From Felis catus (lineage: Eukaryota), in NCBI RefSeq assembly GCF_018350175.1, contig NC_058386.1, forward strand, positions 126,976,001 through 127,040,000: 64,000 nt of DNA, read 5' to 3'. Under the pieces are notes generated by a model. It had not been told where the DNA came from and did not search any database. It was given only the letters and a program-made list of their open reading frames with translations. The position numbers were made by a program, and so were the translations under genes. Shown here in pieces: positions 1 through 11,644 of the stretch (position 1 is the stretch's first letter; each line of letters opens with the position of its first letter).

Positions 1-961
1 TCAGAGTCACAGGATAAAGGCAGACAGTGTTTACCTCTGCTGCCCTCTGCTCTGTCGACTGCCCTATAGAAGGGTGCTTTAAAGGCACACAGTATTTAAA
101 GAAATATTAGCTCATAGAACCCAGCGATAATCAAGTTATATGAACATTAGATTGTAGTCCAAGAATGTAAGGGTATTCAGTGTCAGAAAATCTATGAACA
201 TAATCCATTTATCAATCAACATATTAAGAAATAAAATTTAGATGATGCTAGATGCTGAAGTCACTTCTAATAAAAGTTTTATGGCAAATTGGAATAGAAG
301 TAACAACGACCATTTATCCAAAACAAACAGCAAATGTTATTCCAAACAGCAAAACATTAAGACTATTTCAAGTAAAATCATGGAGTGGTGCTTTCATTAC
401 TAATATTTAACATTTTCTTGTATTTTCTAATAAATTCAAGAAGAAGATAAAAAAAGAATTGGTTATAAACATTGGAATAGAGCTATAATCTGTCTCATTT
501 TGCTCATTTCACATAAGATTCAATATTGTAGTGTAAAATTACTAGCATTAATAAGAGAATTCTCTAAGGTACCTAGATTCAGTGTGAATATAAACAGATA
601 GAAAGGTGACTTTTTATATGCCCTTCTGGTCCCAGGATTATGGCCAAAGGGATATCAGTGTCACCAGGAATAATTTGGAGGTTGCCAAGGACTTATTTTA
701 AAGTGTTTTCAAGTCTGACCGAGAACGCTGACATTTGGGGAAAGGAAAAAAACAAAAAACAAAAAACAAAAAACAGATAGCTTTTCCCTATTCTGATACT
801 AAACATCAAGAAACAGAAATAGGAGAAAAAATTTTTATTAACAATAGCAAAATGTATATAAAATGCATAGAGATAACTGTAATGATAAATTGCTTCTGTT
901 TATTATATTCATAAAATTAATGTAGAAGTTTAATAAAATTCCAATTAAAATCACAACAGGA

Positions 962-1177
962 CTTTTTTTTTTTTCAACGTTTATTTATTTTTGGGACAGA
1001 GAGAGACAGAGCATGAACAGGGGAGGGTCAGAGAGAGAGGCAGACACAGAATCAGAAACAGGCTCCAGGCTCTGAGCCATCAGCCCAGAGCCTGACGTGG
1101 GGCTTGAACTCACGGACCGCGAGATCTTGACCTGGCTGAAGTCGGACGCTTAACCGACTGCGCCACCCAGGCGCCCC
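962..1177 (-). mobile_element. Young feline CanSINE (SINEC_Fc type) with target-site duplication
   Basis: Near-consensus GGGGCGCCTGGGTGGCGCAGTCGGTTAAGCGTCCGACTTCAGCCAGGTC...CCCAAAAATAAATAAACGTTGAAAAAA on minus strand, CpGs retained; TSD cacaacagga at 952-961 and 1178-1187. Confidence 0.95.
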
Positions 1178-1449
1178 CACAACAGGATTTTTAACAACAG
1201 GACTTCTTTTTAATTGGAAAAATTTTTAACATTTTTACATAGAGGAATAAAATGCATAATAAAATGCTAAGAAAGGTAAAAAAAAAAAAAAAGAGCAGCA
1301 AGGACTGAGTCCATTAGCCAGGTATTAGAAGATTAGGCATTTTATTCTTCCACTGTAATCAAATCAGTATGGTATTGGCATAGCAAGATCAAAGTTAGTT
1401 CAATGCATCCAGAAATAGATACTAGTATATTTGAGAATTTTTAAAAAAT

Positions 1450-1651
1450 GTTTTAATGTTTATATCTGAAGGAGAGAGATACAGAGCATGAGTGGGAAGG
1501 GACAGAGAGAGAGGGAGACACAGAATCCAAAGCAGGCTCCAGGCCCTGCGCTGTCTCCACAGAGCCCAACATGGGGCTAGAACTCACAAACCATGAGATC
1601 ATGACTTGAGCCAATGTTGGGCACCCAACTGACTGAGCCACCCAGGTGCCC
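1450..1651 (-). mobile_element. CanSINE
   Basis: tRNA-derived head, (GA)n tract and A-rich tail on minus strand. Confidence 0.9.
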
Positions 1652-3592
1652 TGTATATATGAGAAATTTATATGATGAATGTGTTTATTCGAATCAGCAG
1701 TAAAAGATGTATTATTTGATAAATGGTGCCACTGCAATAGGGCTACTGATCTGGATAGAAATAAAACTAGACAGAAGTGGGATACCATATGCAAATATAC
1801 CCACTTCTATACCATATGCAAATATAAATATCAGATGAATTGACACCAGAAATGTAAAAAGCAAAACAATAAAAATCTTGCAAGAAGATCTGGGAGAATA
1901 CACATACAACCTTGATGAGCAGAAAACGGTTTTAACCAACACTGGCCACTCTGAAGATATGAAAGAAAAGGTATATACACTTGAGCATAAATTTTTAAAA
2001 ATTTTATTAAAAGTTATAAACAAACTCAGTAGACAATAGGTCTTGGGGGAAATTGCTCTATGTGCTAGTATATTAATGCAATATAATAAAGGGTTAATAC
2101 TTGTGATAATAAAAGAGCTTTTGTAATTAAAAAAAATAAAAGAGCCCAAAGAAAAATGGGCAAAACATAGAATAGCCAAATCTCAAAATATAAATGCAAG
2201 AGCCAACAGGCACTTGAAAAGATGTTCAACCTAAGAAATAAAAGGAATGCAATTAAAGTAATGACACAGTATCATTATACCCCAATTGACAAAAAGTTAA
2301 AAAACAAAATAACGCTTAATGATGTGAAAGCTGGGAGGTGGTCACTTGCATACATTGATAGCAGAAATGTTGGAAGAGTTCTGGCCTTTCTGGAAGTTAG
2401 AATTATACTAGGTGTTAATGAGAGAGTGAAGTGTGTGTAATATCCCATTTTTGTAAAACAATGACCAACAAAACCTTTATTTGCATATATATGTGTATAT
2501 GTGTGTGCACGAGTCTATACTATCATCCTAGGGTTATCTGGTTGGGGACAGGCAAGAAGGGGGCTAATGTAGAAGGAGGGTCGGGAGCCAAACAGAAAGG
2601 ACAAAAAAGACTATAAAGTACGTATGACATCACAGTTAATATTAAATTGCCATTATAGATATATTGGGGTTAAATCTGTATGATACACCTTTAAAGAAAA
2701 CAAAAAAAAATGTAAAATAAACGATTTCAGCACTCAACTCAATAAGCAATAAATCAGCGAAATGAACCAAAGGAAATTAGGAAGAAGGAATGAATTCATG
2801 AAAGTAAAAGTAGAAATTGATAGAACCAAAAGATTGTTCCTGACAAGATCAATACGATTGAGAAACTTTCCGGAAATATTATTTTTAAGAGAAGGAAAGA
2901 GGAAATACACAATATAAGAATGAAAAAGGAAATAGAACTACAGACAAAGAACAGTTGAACAACATCACAAGACTATTATGTGACTTGATACCAATACATT
3001 ATCAAATCTAGGGATGACAGATTCCTTTCTAGGAAAATATATACAACAAAATTCGACTGAAGAAGAGGCAGAGAAACCTGAATAAATCAATGATCATAGA
3101 TAATATCGAAAAAATTATTTAATACTAGTCTCCCCAAATGCACTGCAACCCAAAAAGATGAAAAGTTTCTGAACTCATGGCTAATCCTTAAACCAAAACC
3201 GGGCAAAGATATCAAAACCACACCACACCCACACAGAAGTACAGACTAAAGTTGTGGGTAATATTGATGGGATCTCATGGCTCTGCTTCTCTGGATGGAA
3301 ACTTGGGGGTAGGCTGGGGGAAGTTTTGTTCTCTCTCAGGCTCCTTGCCTCCTTGTTCTCCCTCTAGTCTGCGGTCTGGTTTCCAGAGTGGCGGCATGTG
3401 ACAAAGAGAAGCAATGGACAAAACAGAGCAACATATCAACAAATAGTTCAGATCTGTGACAACAATTGGCAATTAGCATTTGTGATATCACATATAACCA
3501 GCATCACAGCTACCCTAACCTGATGTCTGCACCTTCCTCCAACCAATCACATTCTCACAGTCCTGACTGGACCCTGTAGAACATGCCATTAC

Positions 3593-3738
3593 CTTGTGTC
3601 CACGTGCAGCTCACTGAGCAGTTCACTTTGCATATAGTCCCAGGACAGTTCCACTGCGCCCAGGTAGTATTTTCTTGTGGCACTGAAGCTGAATGGCAAA
3701 AGGCACAGAAAGAAGCAGGTGGAGAGTTCTATTTGCAT
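3593..3738 (-). CDS. F8: Coagulation factor VIII, coding part of exon 1 (signal peptide and start of A1)
   Basis: Reverse strand reads ATG CAA ATA GAA CTC TCC ACC TGC...: MQIELSTCFFLCLLPFSFSATRKYYLGAVELSWDYMQSELLSELHVDT(R), 146 nt, then AG|GTAATG donor at 3592. Too short for the ORF track. Remaining exons lie left of the window. Confidence 0.97.
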
Positions 3739-3990
3739 GGCTCGTATTGCTAGAAAATGTTCAACTGAAGAAGCGAAAGAATACTTTTCCTCTAAAATAT
3801 CTTCAGCTCCCAGGAGAAAAAGGGTAAATTTTCTATGATTTAGAGAAAAGTCCCAAAATTTTTGCTGTGAATTTTAGGGAACTTTACCTGCTGGATATTA
3901 CAGCAGCATTAGCAGTAAGCAGTAACAGATAAGATTGCTTCCTTTGTGGCAGTGGGAAGCAGCCACAGGAAGAATAGGAAAAGGGAGGCT
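3739..3990 (-). promoter_or_regulatory. F8: F8 5' UTR and proximal promoter (non-CpG)
   Basis: Immediately upstream of the F8 ATG; resembles the human F8 5' UTR as remembered (GGTAAAGTTCC, GGGACTTTTC NF-kB-like site at 3845-3854, CCTGGGAGCTGAAGATATTTTAGAG). TSS inferred near 3910. Confidence 0.75.
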
Positions 3991-4312
3991 GAGCTAAATC
4001 TTAACCCATTCACTTCTGAGAGTGGTAGGGACACAAGAATGCTGCTTTAGCAGAACCTTTAAGGAAAGGAAGAGAGGGACGGAGAGGTCAAGGTGAAGAG
4101 GAGCTTTAATGTGTATTCATATTCCTAGCCTAATCCAGCCTTCTTCCTTAGTAGTAGCAGCAGCAGTAGCAGCAGCAAGAGGTCTGGATGTTGTTGGAGA
4201 TTCTGGAATCCACTTGCACAAACAAGAGTAACCAGTATTCTAATAGTCTCCCTGTTTCTGCCCTTACCCCTCGAATAGCCACCACCAAGTGACTTTTTAA
4301 AACTATAAAGCA

Positions 4313-4506
4313 GGGGTGCCTGGGTGGCTCAGTCAGTTAAGCTTCCGACCCTTGATTTCGGCTCAGGTCATGATCTCAGGGTTCATGAGTTCAAGCCCCA
4401 CGTGGGGCTCTGTGCTGACAATGTGGAGCCTGCTTGGGATTCTCTTTCTCTCACTCTCTCTCTCTCTCTCTCAAAAATAAACATCAAGAAAAAAACACAA
4501 AAAAAT
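4313..4506 (+). mobile_element. CanSINE upstream of F8 promoter
   Basis: ggggtgcctgggtggctcagtcagttaag head, (CT)n, A tail; TSD aaaactataaa at 4299-4309 and 4507-4517. Confidence 0.92.
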
Positions 4507-4509
4507 AAA

Positions 4510-4900
4510 ACTATAAACCAGATCATGTCACTCCTTTGCTCAGAACCCTCCACTGGCCTCTGACTTCACTCAGAGTAAAATCCTACGTCTTTACCATGGT
4601 CTAGAGTATCTCCCATGATCTGCACGGCCCTTTCCTCCAGACCTCTTGCGGCCTCATATCACTATGGCTACTGGCCTTCTTGCTCTTCCTTAAAATATGA
4701 AGCACTCTCTTGCATCTAGACCTTAGCACTTGCTATTTTCTCTACCTAAAACACCTTTCCCCCAGACCTCTACACATTTCCACTTCCATATCTCCTTCAA
4801 GTCTTGGCTCACATCTCGCCTTCTCAATGAGCTTAAACATGGCCCGCCACATTTATGTTGTAGCTTGTCTACCTCCACCGGCACTACTGATAAGGCTCCT
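4510..4900 (+). mobile_element. L2 fragment
   Basis: Typical L2 phrase aaaccagatcatgtcactcctttgctcagaaccctccactggc...ctcagagtaaaatcc. Confidence 0.7.
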
Positions 4901-5299
4901 GGCTTCAGTTCTGTAGATAGCACTCATAACCATCCAGCATTCATGTATTTTTTTTAATCCTGCATTGTAGTTACCTGATGCTTAAGTTGGTTTGCATTGA
5001 GGTATGGGATATATCTCCTTACATGAAAAGGTAGCGGTGCTGAGCTTAAGCAGAGGCCCTACTCAGGTTAATGTTTATCTGGGGGGATGAGGGAGGGCCT
5101 CAAAGTATAGAAGATAACAGGAAGAAGCTTCACCAGCGTTGCTACAAGAAATGTTATCACTGGGAGCCCAGTTCTGCACAGGTACGAATGTACCTGGGAG
5201 CAACTGGTAGGGTACTGTCCAGCTTGGAAAGAAGTAGGAAGAAGCCCCTTTGGTAACCATTTGCTGAGACCTTCTACTAGGCACCAGGATGCAGACATA

Positions 5300-5460
5300 A
5301 TAGCTGGCATGTACTATATGCCAGGAACTGATCTAAGTTACTTTACTTTAATGCGGTCTGCTATTCTTGTCTTCATTTTACAGGTGATGAAACTGAAGCA
5401 CAGAGAGGTTAGGCAACTTGGCCAAGGTCACAGAGGTTGCAAGTGGTAGCATTCCAACCC
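5300..5460 (-). mobile_element. MIR fragment
   Basis: cattttacaggtgatgaaactgaagcacagagaggttaggcaacttggccaaggtcacag is the reverse complement of the MIR core. Confidence 0.8.
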
Positions 5461-5789
5461 ATGTAATCCAGTTCCGGAAGTCATGCTCCAAACTCCTATG
5501 CTACACTTCCATGCACTGGGTACACAGCTTTGAGAAATATAAACAACTGATAGAAGCAATACGTATGATACATGAGTGCCTCACACAAAAGGAAAGTAAG
5601 CAGGGGAAGGGAAAAGAGGGGTGTACCAGGTTGCAATTTTAAATGGGCACGGTCATGGAAAGTGTCACCGAGATTACATTTCGGCAAAGGGAGTTTGGCT
5701 TCTGCACTGAGAGCAATAGGGAGCCGGGCTAGGGTTCTGAATGGAGGAAGGCTGTGATCAGAATTACCTTTTAGACTGATCTTTCCGTC

Positions 5790-7090
5790 CGCGGTGGAGA
5801 GGACAGACTTCAGGGGGATAAAGAGTAGGAGCAGGTCGACCTGTCAACTGCGGGCAAGAAATGATTGTGACTTGGGCTAAGACGGTAGCAGTGGAGTGTG
5901 AGAAATGGCCGGATTCACTGTGAAGGGCTATTGATGGGGGCTGCCGCTGAAGTGGATTTGTGGCGCTGAGAGAGGAGTTCAGAATTAACACCGGTCTTCG
6001 GTACGCGGAAGCGGCCACTAACTAGGACGGAGTGAGAGCGACAGGAGTAGCTGCGGGGCGGGGAGACGCGCCCTGGCACAAGCTCCAAGGGCTCCACGGG
6101 CCCTGCAGGCAGGGAAGCTCTTCTTTCCAAGAGCTTCTCAGTAAAATCGCAACGGGTTTTTTTTAAATGTCTTTCTGCGCTGGAACGGAGTCGGGCACAG
6201 AGCAAGCGCCGATAAATATCTGCTCGACATTTCCATGAACTAACACCACGAGCCAGTGTTATTTTTAATAATGTAATGGGTAAAACAGTCCTTACTAGGG
6301 AAGGGCCGGGTCGTGGGCGCGTCCCGGGAATCTGCTAGGTGGGCACGTCAGTCCGGGAAGGCTTTCCGCGCACGCGCGGCTCGGCGCTCCTGCCGGGCGG
6401 GGCCGCGGGGCCTTGTGACGCAGCCTGGCGCGCGGGCGGGGCGCCACCTCCGGGCGCGCCGCTCAGCCTCTTCCGCTGCCGCCGTGGGAATGGAAACATC
6501 TGGCCCACGTGCCGGAAGCCCGCTCGCGGCGGCGACGGCGGCGCGCCACTCCGTGTCCTATCGCGCCAAACCCCTGCGGCTGTCATCGCGAGACGAGCTC
6601 GCCGAAATGGCCGCTTCCAGTCAAGGTAAAGGCGGGCGCGCGCACCGCCGACGCCACGCGGAGCCGCCTCTCTGGGTCCCGGAAGGGGGAGGGCCGCGCG
6701 CCGGCGGGTCTCGGCAGAGCTCCCCCGGGAGTCCGGGCCGCTCGCGGCCGGGGAGGGCGCCCTGGGCTCGCCGCTGGCCCGGCCGCTCCCAGGGTCCGGC
6801 CAAGGTCAGGCGCCGGGCTGGGACCGAACCGCCCCGAGGCGTTGTCTCCGGTTGGGCTCGCTCAGCCTTCCGGCGCCGCCCCGAACAGCCTAAGCCGGGA
6901 AACATTCTGTCCTTGTTCTCGGAAGCACTCTGGCGCTTTCAGACTGAGGCGGCTTCTTTGTCCCTTTGCACGTTCGTCCCCAACACCTGGCAAGCTTCTT
7001 TCTGTGCGCAGGGAGCCTCCTCTTGCGCTTTTAATGTCTTCCAAAGAGTAGTACACATCGGATTGTACTTTGAAATCGTTTCTTATTTAG
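5790..7090. promoter_or_regulatory. FUNDC2 promoter CpG island
   Basis: High GC and dense CpG spanning FUNDC2 exon 1; GC boxes (GGGCGGGG), CRE-like CACGTCA/TGACGCA and ETS-like GCGGAAGC. Confidence 0.9.
6490..6625 (+). CDS. FUNDC2: FUN14 domain-containing protein 2, exon 1
   Basis: [45 protein letters not shown](G), 136 nt, AAG|GTAAAG donor; part of ORF 6313-7140. Confidence 0.95.
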
Positions 7091-7827
7091 TCCGCGTGGT
7101 CAGGAAGATTCCCTGTAATAAAATATACACGGGAGAATGACTTTTAAGTCATGCTTCTTCCCCGACTAAGTATCCTGCTTCAGGTTATATTTAGTTCATT
7201 ACTGGCTCTCAATATCCTATTGCTAAACAGAGCTATCATCGAAAACCCAATTATGTAAACCCCCCAATTACGTAAATTATGTTAAAAACAAAGGCAGTGA
7301 GGATATTCAGAATTCATCACTTCTTAATTATTTGCTGTGTTTCGTTGTTATGTGTGCTCTCGAGGTTATTCACATGTATTGTGTCTATGTGATGGAAACA
7401 ACAGTATGGTCTGCTGCTGTGCGTCTCTTTCCAGCCCTTAGGGTCGTGATGTCACACCCACCGGGGGTGACTACATAGTGGAAATGGATGTACGCAGCAG
7501 ATCACTCCCAGCCGGTTGGTAAACATTGACCAGCACCCCACCAAATCTCAGTGACTAGGGGTTCGAATGCACAATTTAATTATTTTCCTGAGGAGTAGAC
7601 TGCTCTCATTCACTTAAAAAATACAGGTTCAGGGACCCCTTTTGACTGGAGCCCCCTATAGAGCTGATGGGCTTTGGTAAAGTTACATTAAAACAAAACT
7701 CAAAACGTATTCTTGTTTTCACTGATATTCTTTAACCCAAGGAGAGAATTTTTTCATCAACACAGCAGTAATGTCTTCCTGTTGTGTTGTGCTGGTGCTT
7801 AATGTTACATTAGAAAAATAATTTTTC

Positions 7828-8004
7828 ATGGCGCCTGGTGGCTCAGGCTGTTGAGCCTCCCACCGGTATCCGACTTCAGCTCAGGTCATGATCTCATCGT
7901 TCATGGGTTCCAGCCCTGCATTGGAGTCTGTGCTGACAGCTGGGAGCCTGGAGCCTGCTTCTGATTCTGTGTCTCCCTCTTTCTCTGCCCCTCCCCTGCT
8001 CATG

Positions 8005-8054
<50 letters not shown>

Positions 8055-8072
8055 AATAAACATTAAAAGAAA
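7828..8072 (+). mobile_element. CanSINE with long (CT)n
   Basis: SINE body, (CT)n tract ~8008-8050, A tail; flanking gaaaaataattttt duplicated. Confidence 0.9.
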
Positions 8073-8569
8073 GAAAAATAATTTTTATGTAACTACTTGT
8101 GAAGCCATTAGAAGACCCAGTTCCTCACGTGTCCATATTTTGGTTCTGTTAAATTGGGGTCTGTGATCCATCTTGAAGTATATTTCGTGTCTGATGTAAG
8201 GTAGGGATTGCATTTTTTTTTCAGTACAGATAACTAGTAGTTCTAACACAATTTGTTAAGAAGACTCTTTCTCCATTAAATTACCTTGGTGCCACGTTAC
8301 TGAAAATCACATGACCGTATGTGTAGATCTACTTGTGGACTCTGTATTCTCTTCCATTTATAATATTTGTGTATCCTTAGGTTAGTGGTACACCGTCAAA
8401 TATGGTAGCTGTGTAAGTCTTGACATTAGGCAGCTGTAGTATTCTGTAGCTTTATGAGAAGTCTTGAAATTCCTTTAACTTTGTTCTCCCCCCCCCCAAA
8501 ATTGTTTTGACCACTTGTGGCACATTAGATTTTCCTAAGCAACTGCAACGATATCTCCCATTCCTGCTC

Positions 8570-9040
8570 TTTTCTCGGTGTGACTTTGATACTCCTCCCA
8601 CTCAGTGATGGGATCTATGCATTCCCTCTTGAATCTGCATAAGGGTTTGTGACCACTTCTACAGAATGTGGTAGAAGTAACGCTGCATGGCTTCTGGGGC
8701 TAGGTCTTAAATGGTTTTCATAGCTTCTGGCTGGCCCTCATGCTCCTTCACTCCATTGGTCTCTACTACTTGCCTTGGGCCATCCACCCTTGAGCCTAGG
8801 CACCATGCTGTAAGGAAGCCCAAATTAACCTACATAGAGAAGTAGCCTGTATATGTCAGTGTGGGAGATGATTCCAGACCTTCTGCCTGTAAGCCTTCCA
8901 GCGGAATCCTCACACATCGTGTAACAGGGGTAAACTGTAACACTATATCCTATCTGAATCCTGATCCACAGAGTTTAAGAGCATTATAAATGATTCTTTA
9001 GCTCCATGAAGGTTTGGCATAATTTGCCATAGTAGCTGGA
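8570..9040. mobile_element. MaLR (MLT1-like) LTR relic
   Basis: ccctcttgaatctg...gaatgtggtagaagtaacgctgcatggcttctggggctaggtc...ccatgctgtaaggaagccc pattern typical of MLT1 LTRs. Confidence 0.6.
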
Positions 9041-9393
9041 ACACTACTCAAGGAAGTCTTTTGCACCTCCAAATACATTTTGGAACCAGCCTGTCAATTT
9101 CTAGATAAAAACCTACCTTTTGACTGGGATGGTGTTGAGTCTATACATCAATATGGAGAGAATGAACATTTTAATAATATTGCCTTGCAAATCATAGTAC
9201 ATATCTCCATTAATTTCAGTCATTTTCACTGTTTCCCTGCAGTGTTTTGTTCTTTATTATAGTGCAGAGGTCTTGTGCGTATTTCATTAAATTTATCCCT
9301 GCATTATCTTCTCACAGAGAAAGGGATTAGACATTTTGTTAACTCTTTCTCCTTTCTTGGGCAAATCACTTAACCTCTGAGCCTCCATTTCTT

Positions 9394-9595
9394 TTTTTTT
9401 TTAATGTTTATTTATATATTTTCAGAGAGTGCACAAGCAGGGGAGGGGCAGAGAGAGGGAGAGAGAGAATCCCAAGCAGTCTCCGCATTGTCAGCACAGA
9501 GCCCGATGCGGGGCTCTAGCTCAGGAACGGTGAGATCATGACCTGAGCCGAAACCAAGAGTCAGATGCTTAACCGACTGAGCCCCCCAGGCACCC
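9394..9595 (-). mobile_element. CanSINE inserted into a MIR
   Basis: TSD ctgagc(c/t)tccatttctt on both sides; flanks continue as MIR core. Confidence 0.9.
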
Positions 9596-9850
9596 CTGAG
9601 CTTCCATTTCTTGATTAGAAAGTGGAGTTAATAAATAGTACCTTTTTTTTGTACCTACTATGTTCTGTGGATTTAATTAGAAATATGTATTTGTTGCTTA
9701 GCACATTTCCTGGTAAGCATTGTCTAGTAAGAGTTCAATAAAACATTACCGTTTATCCTTATTATCAATGGAGATTCATATAGTAGTAAGAATTTGTGAA
9801 TTTGTGGGCTACTGAATAGTACTGAGTGACTCTTCAAAAAGGAGAGGCAA

Positions 9851-10040
9851 GGGCACCTGGGCGGCTCAGTCAGTTAAGTGTCTGACTTTGGCTCAGGTTA
9901 TGATCTCACGGCTCATGAGTTTGAGTGCTGCATTAGGCTCTGTGCTCACAGCTCAGAGCCTGGAGCCTGCTTTGGATTCTGTGTCTCCTTCTCTGCCCCT
10001 CCCCCAATTGCACTCTGTCTCTGTCTCAAAAATAAACATT
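9851..10040 (+). mobile_element. CanSINE
   Basis: TSD aaaaggagaggcaa at 9837-9850 and 10041-10054. Confidence 0.92.
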
Positions 10041-10385
10041 AAAAGGAGAGGCAAATGAAAAAAAATCCGTTTCATTTAAGATACTAATTATTACTAGCAG
10101 GCTTTTGTAGGTCCTTTGCTTGTTTTTAAATTCGAGAGGAAAAATTAGAGCACTAATTCTAAATTGTCTAGTTATTTTTTTCTCTAAGGCAGCTATTATT
10201 TGTTGATTTTATTCTGATTTTTAAAAATGCTATCCACGATTTCAGAGTTAATTTACTATTTAAAATATAATAATATTTGGAGGTTCTTATTACAATACCT
10301 GTTTCTTAAAAATCTCAATCTAGTTAAGAATTGTGATTTATTGTAAAAGTAAGTATTTTCTTATTCCGTATCTTAATTCTTGTAG

Positions 10386-10536
10386 GAAACTTTGAGAGAA
10401 ATTTTGAGTCACTGGACCTTGCAGAATTTGCTAAAAAGCAGCCATGGTGGCGCAAGCTATTTGGGCAGGAATCTGGGCCCTCAGCTGAAAAATACAGCGT
10501 GGCGACCCAGCTGGTAATTGGAGGTGTCACTGGATG
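10386..10536 (+). CDS. FUNDC2: FUNDC2 exon 2
   Basis: TTGTAG| (G)[49 protein letters not shown](W) |GTAAGT; 151 nt, phases match exons 1 and 3. Confidence 0.97.
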
Positions 10537-11211
10537 GTAAGTGATATGAAAGATGTCCAGTATCTTTTTTTGCATGATTTAGTATTGCACTCGTGGGAAC
10601 CACCTCCTTAACCAGTGAAAACACATGAACTTTTGTGAAATTGATCACTTAATGTGTAGCATTCATCTAAACATCTTGTTAAAGTGCTACTTAATGGTTG
10701 TGGTTATACACGTGAGTATTTATTACATTCCAGGCAGTATTTTGAGTATTTATATATTTCATTTCCTTTTCACAACTCTTGAAATTGGTACTGGTATTAT
10801 CTATCCTCATTTTTTTCCAGTTTTATCAAGAAATAAATATGCATCACTGGGTAAGTTTAAGGTATATAGCATGATGGTTTCACTTACATATATTGTGAAA
10901 TGGTTACCACAGTAGGTTCAATGAACATTCATCATCTCGTATACATACAGTAAAAAGAGAAGAAAATACTTTCTCCTTGTGATGAGAACTCTCAGGATCT
11001 ACTCTCATAACCATTTTCTTATACAGCAGTGTTAGCTGCAGACATTACATTGTACGTTATGTCCCTAATACTTATTTATAACTCCAAGTTTGTACCTTTT
11101 GACCACCTTCATCTAGTTCCCCCTCCCCCAGCCCCCTGTAACCACAAATCTGATGTCTTTTTCTATGAGTTTTGTGTTTATTTTAGACTGTACACATAAG
11201 AAATTGCACAT

Positions 11212-11430
11212 GGGGTGCCTGGGTGGCTCAGTTGGTTGAGCATCCGACTTTGGCGCAGGTCATGATCTCGCGGTTCATGACTTTGAGTCCCACGTTGGGT
11301 TCTGTGCTGACAGCTTGGAGCCTAGAGCCTGCTTCGGATTCTGTGTCTCCCTCTCTCTCTGTCCCTCCCCTGCTTGAGCTCTGTCTCTCACTCTTAAAAA
11401 TAAACATTAAATTTGAAAAAGTTTTTTAAA
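11212..11430 (+). mobile_element. CanSINE
   Basis: Full head/body/tail; flanked by aag(aa/gg)attgcaca duplication. Confidence 0.9.
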
Positions 11431-11587
11431 TAAGGGATTGCACATATAAGATCTCACATATAAGTGAGATCTTGCAGTATTTGTCTTTATTTGTCTGACT
11501 TACCTCACTCAGCATCATGTCCTCAAGGTGAATCCATGTTGTCACAATTGATAGGATTCCCCCCCCCTTATGGCTGAATAATAGTCC

Positions 11588-11589
<2 letters not shown>

Positions 11590-11641
<52 letters not shown>
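11590..11641. repeat. (GT)n microsatellite
   Basis: About 25 perfect GT units. Confidence 0.97.

Positions 11642-11644
<3 letters not shown>

Larger units (their letters stand above)
200..3230 (+). mobile_element. Degenerate L1M-type LINE-1 fragments in F8 intron 1
   Basis: A-rich plus strand with recognisable L1 ORF2/3' UTR phrases (e.g. aaaagatgttcaacc, cagtatcattatacc, ggtcacttgcatacattg); no intact ORF; interrupted by SINEs. Confidence 0.7.

Noticed and set aside
1-3592. F8 intronic repeats (int1h, int22h/F8A/H2AB)
   Set aside because: Only the first 3.6 kb of intron 1 is present and nothing here resembles them.
6313-7140. 275-aa ORF and several overlapping ORFs on both strands
   Set aside because: Only 6490-6625 is FUNDC2 exon 1; the rest is stop-poor GC-rich island giving Arg/Gly/Pro/Ala low-complexity translations.
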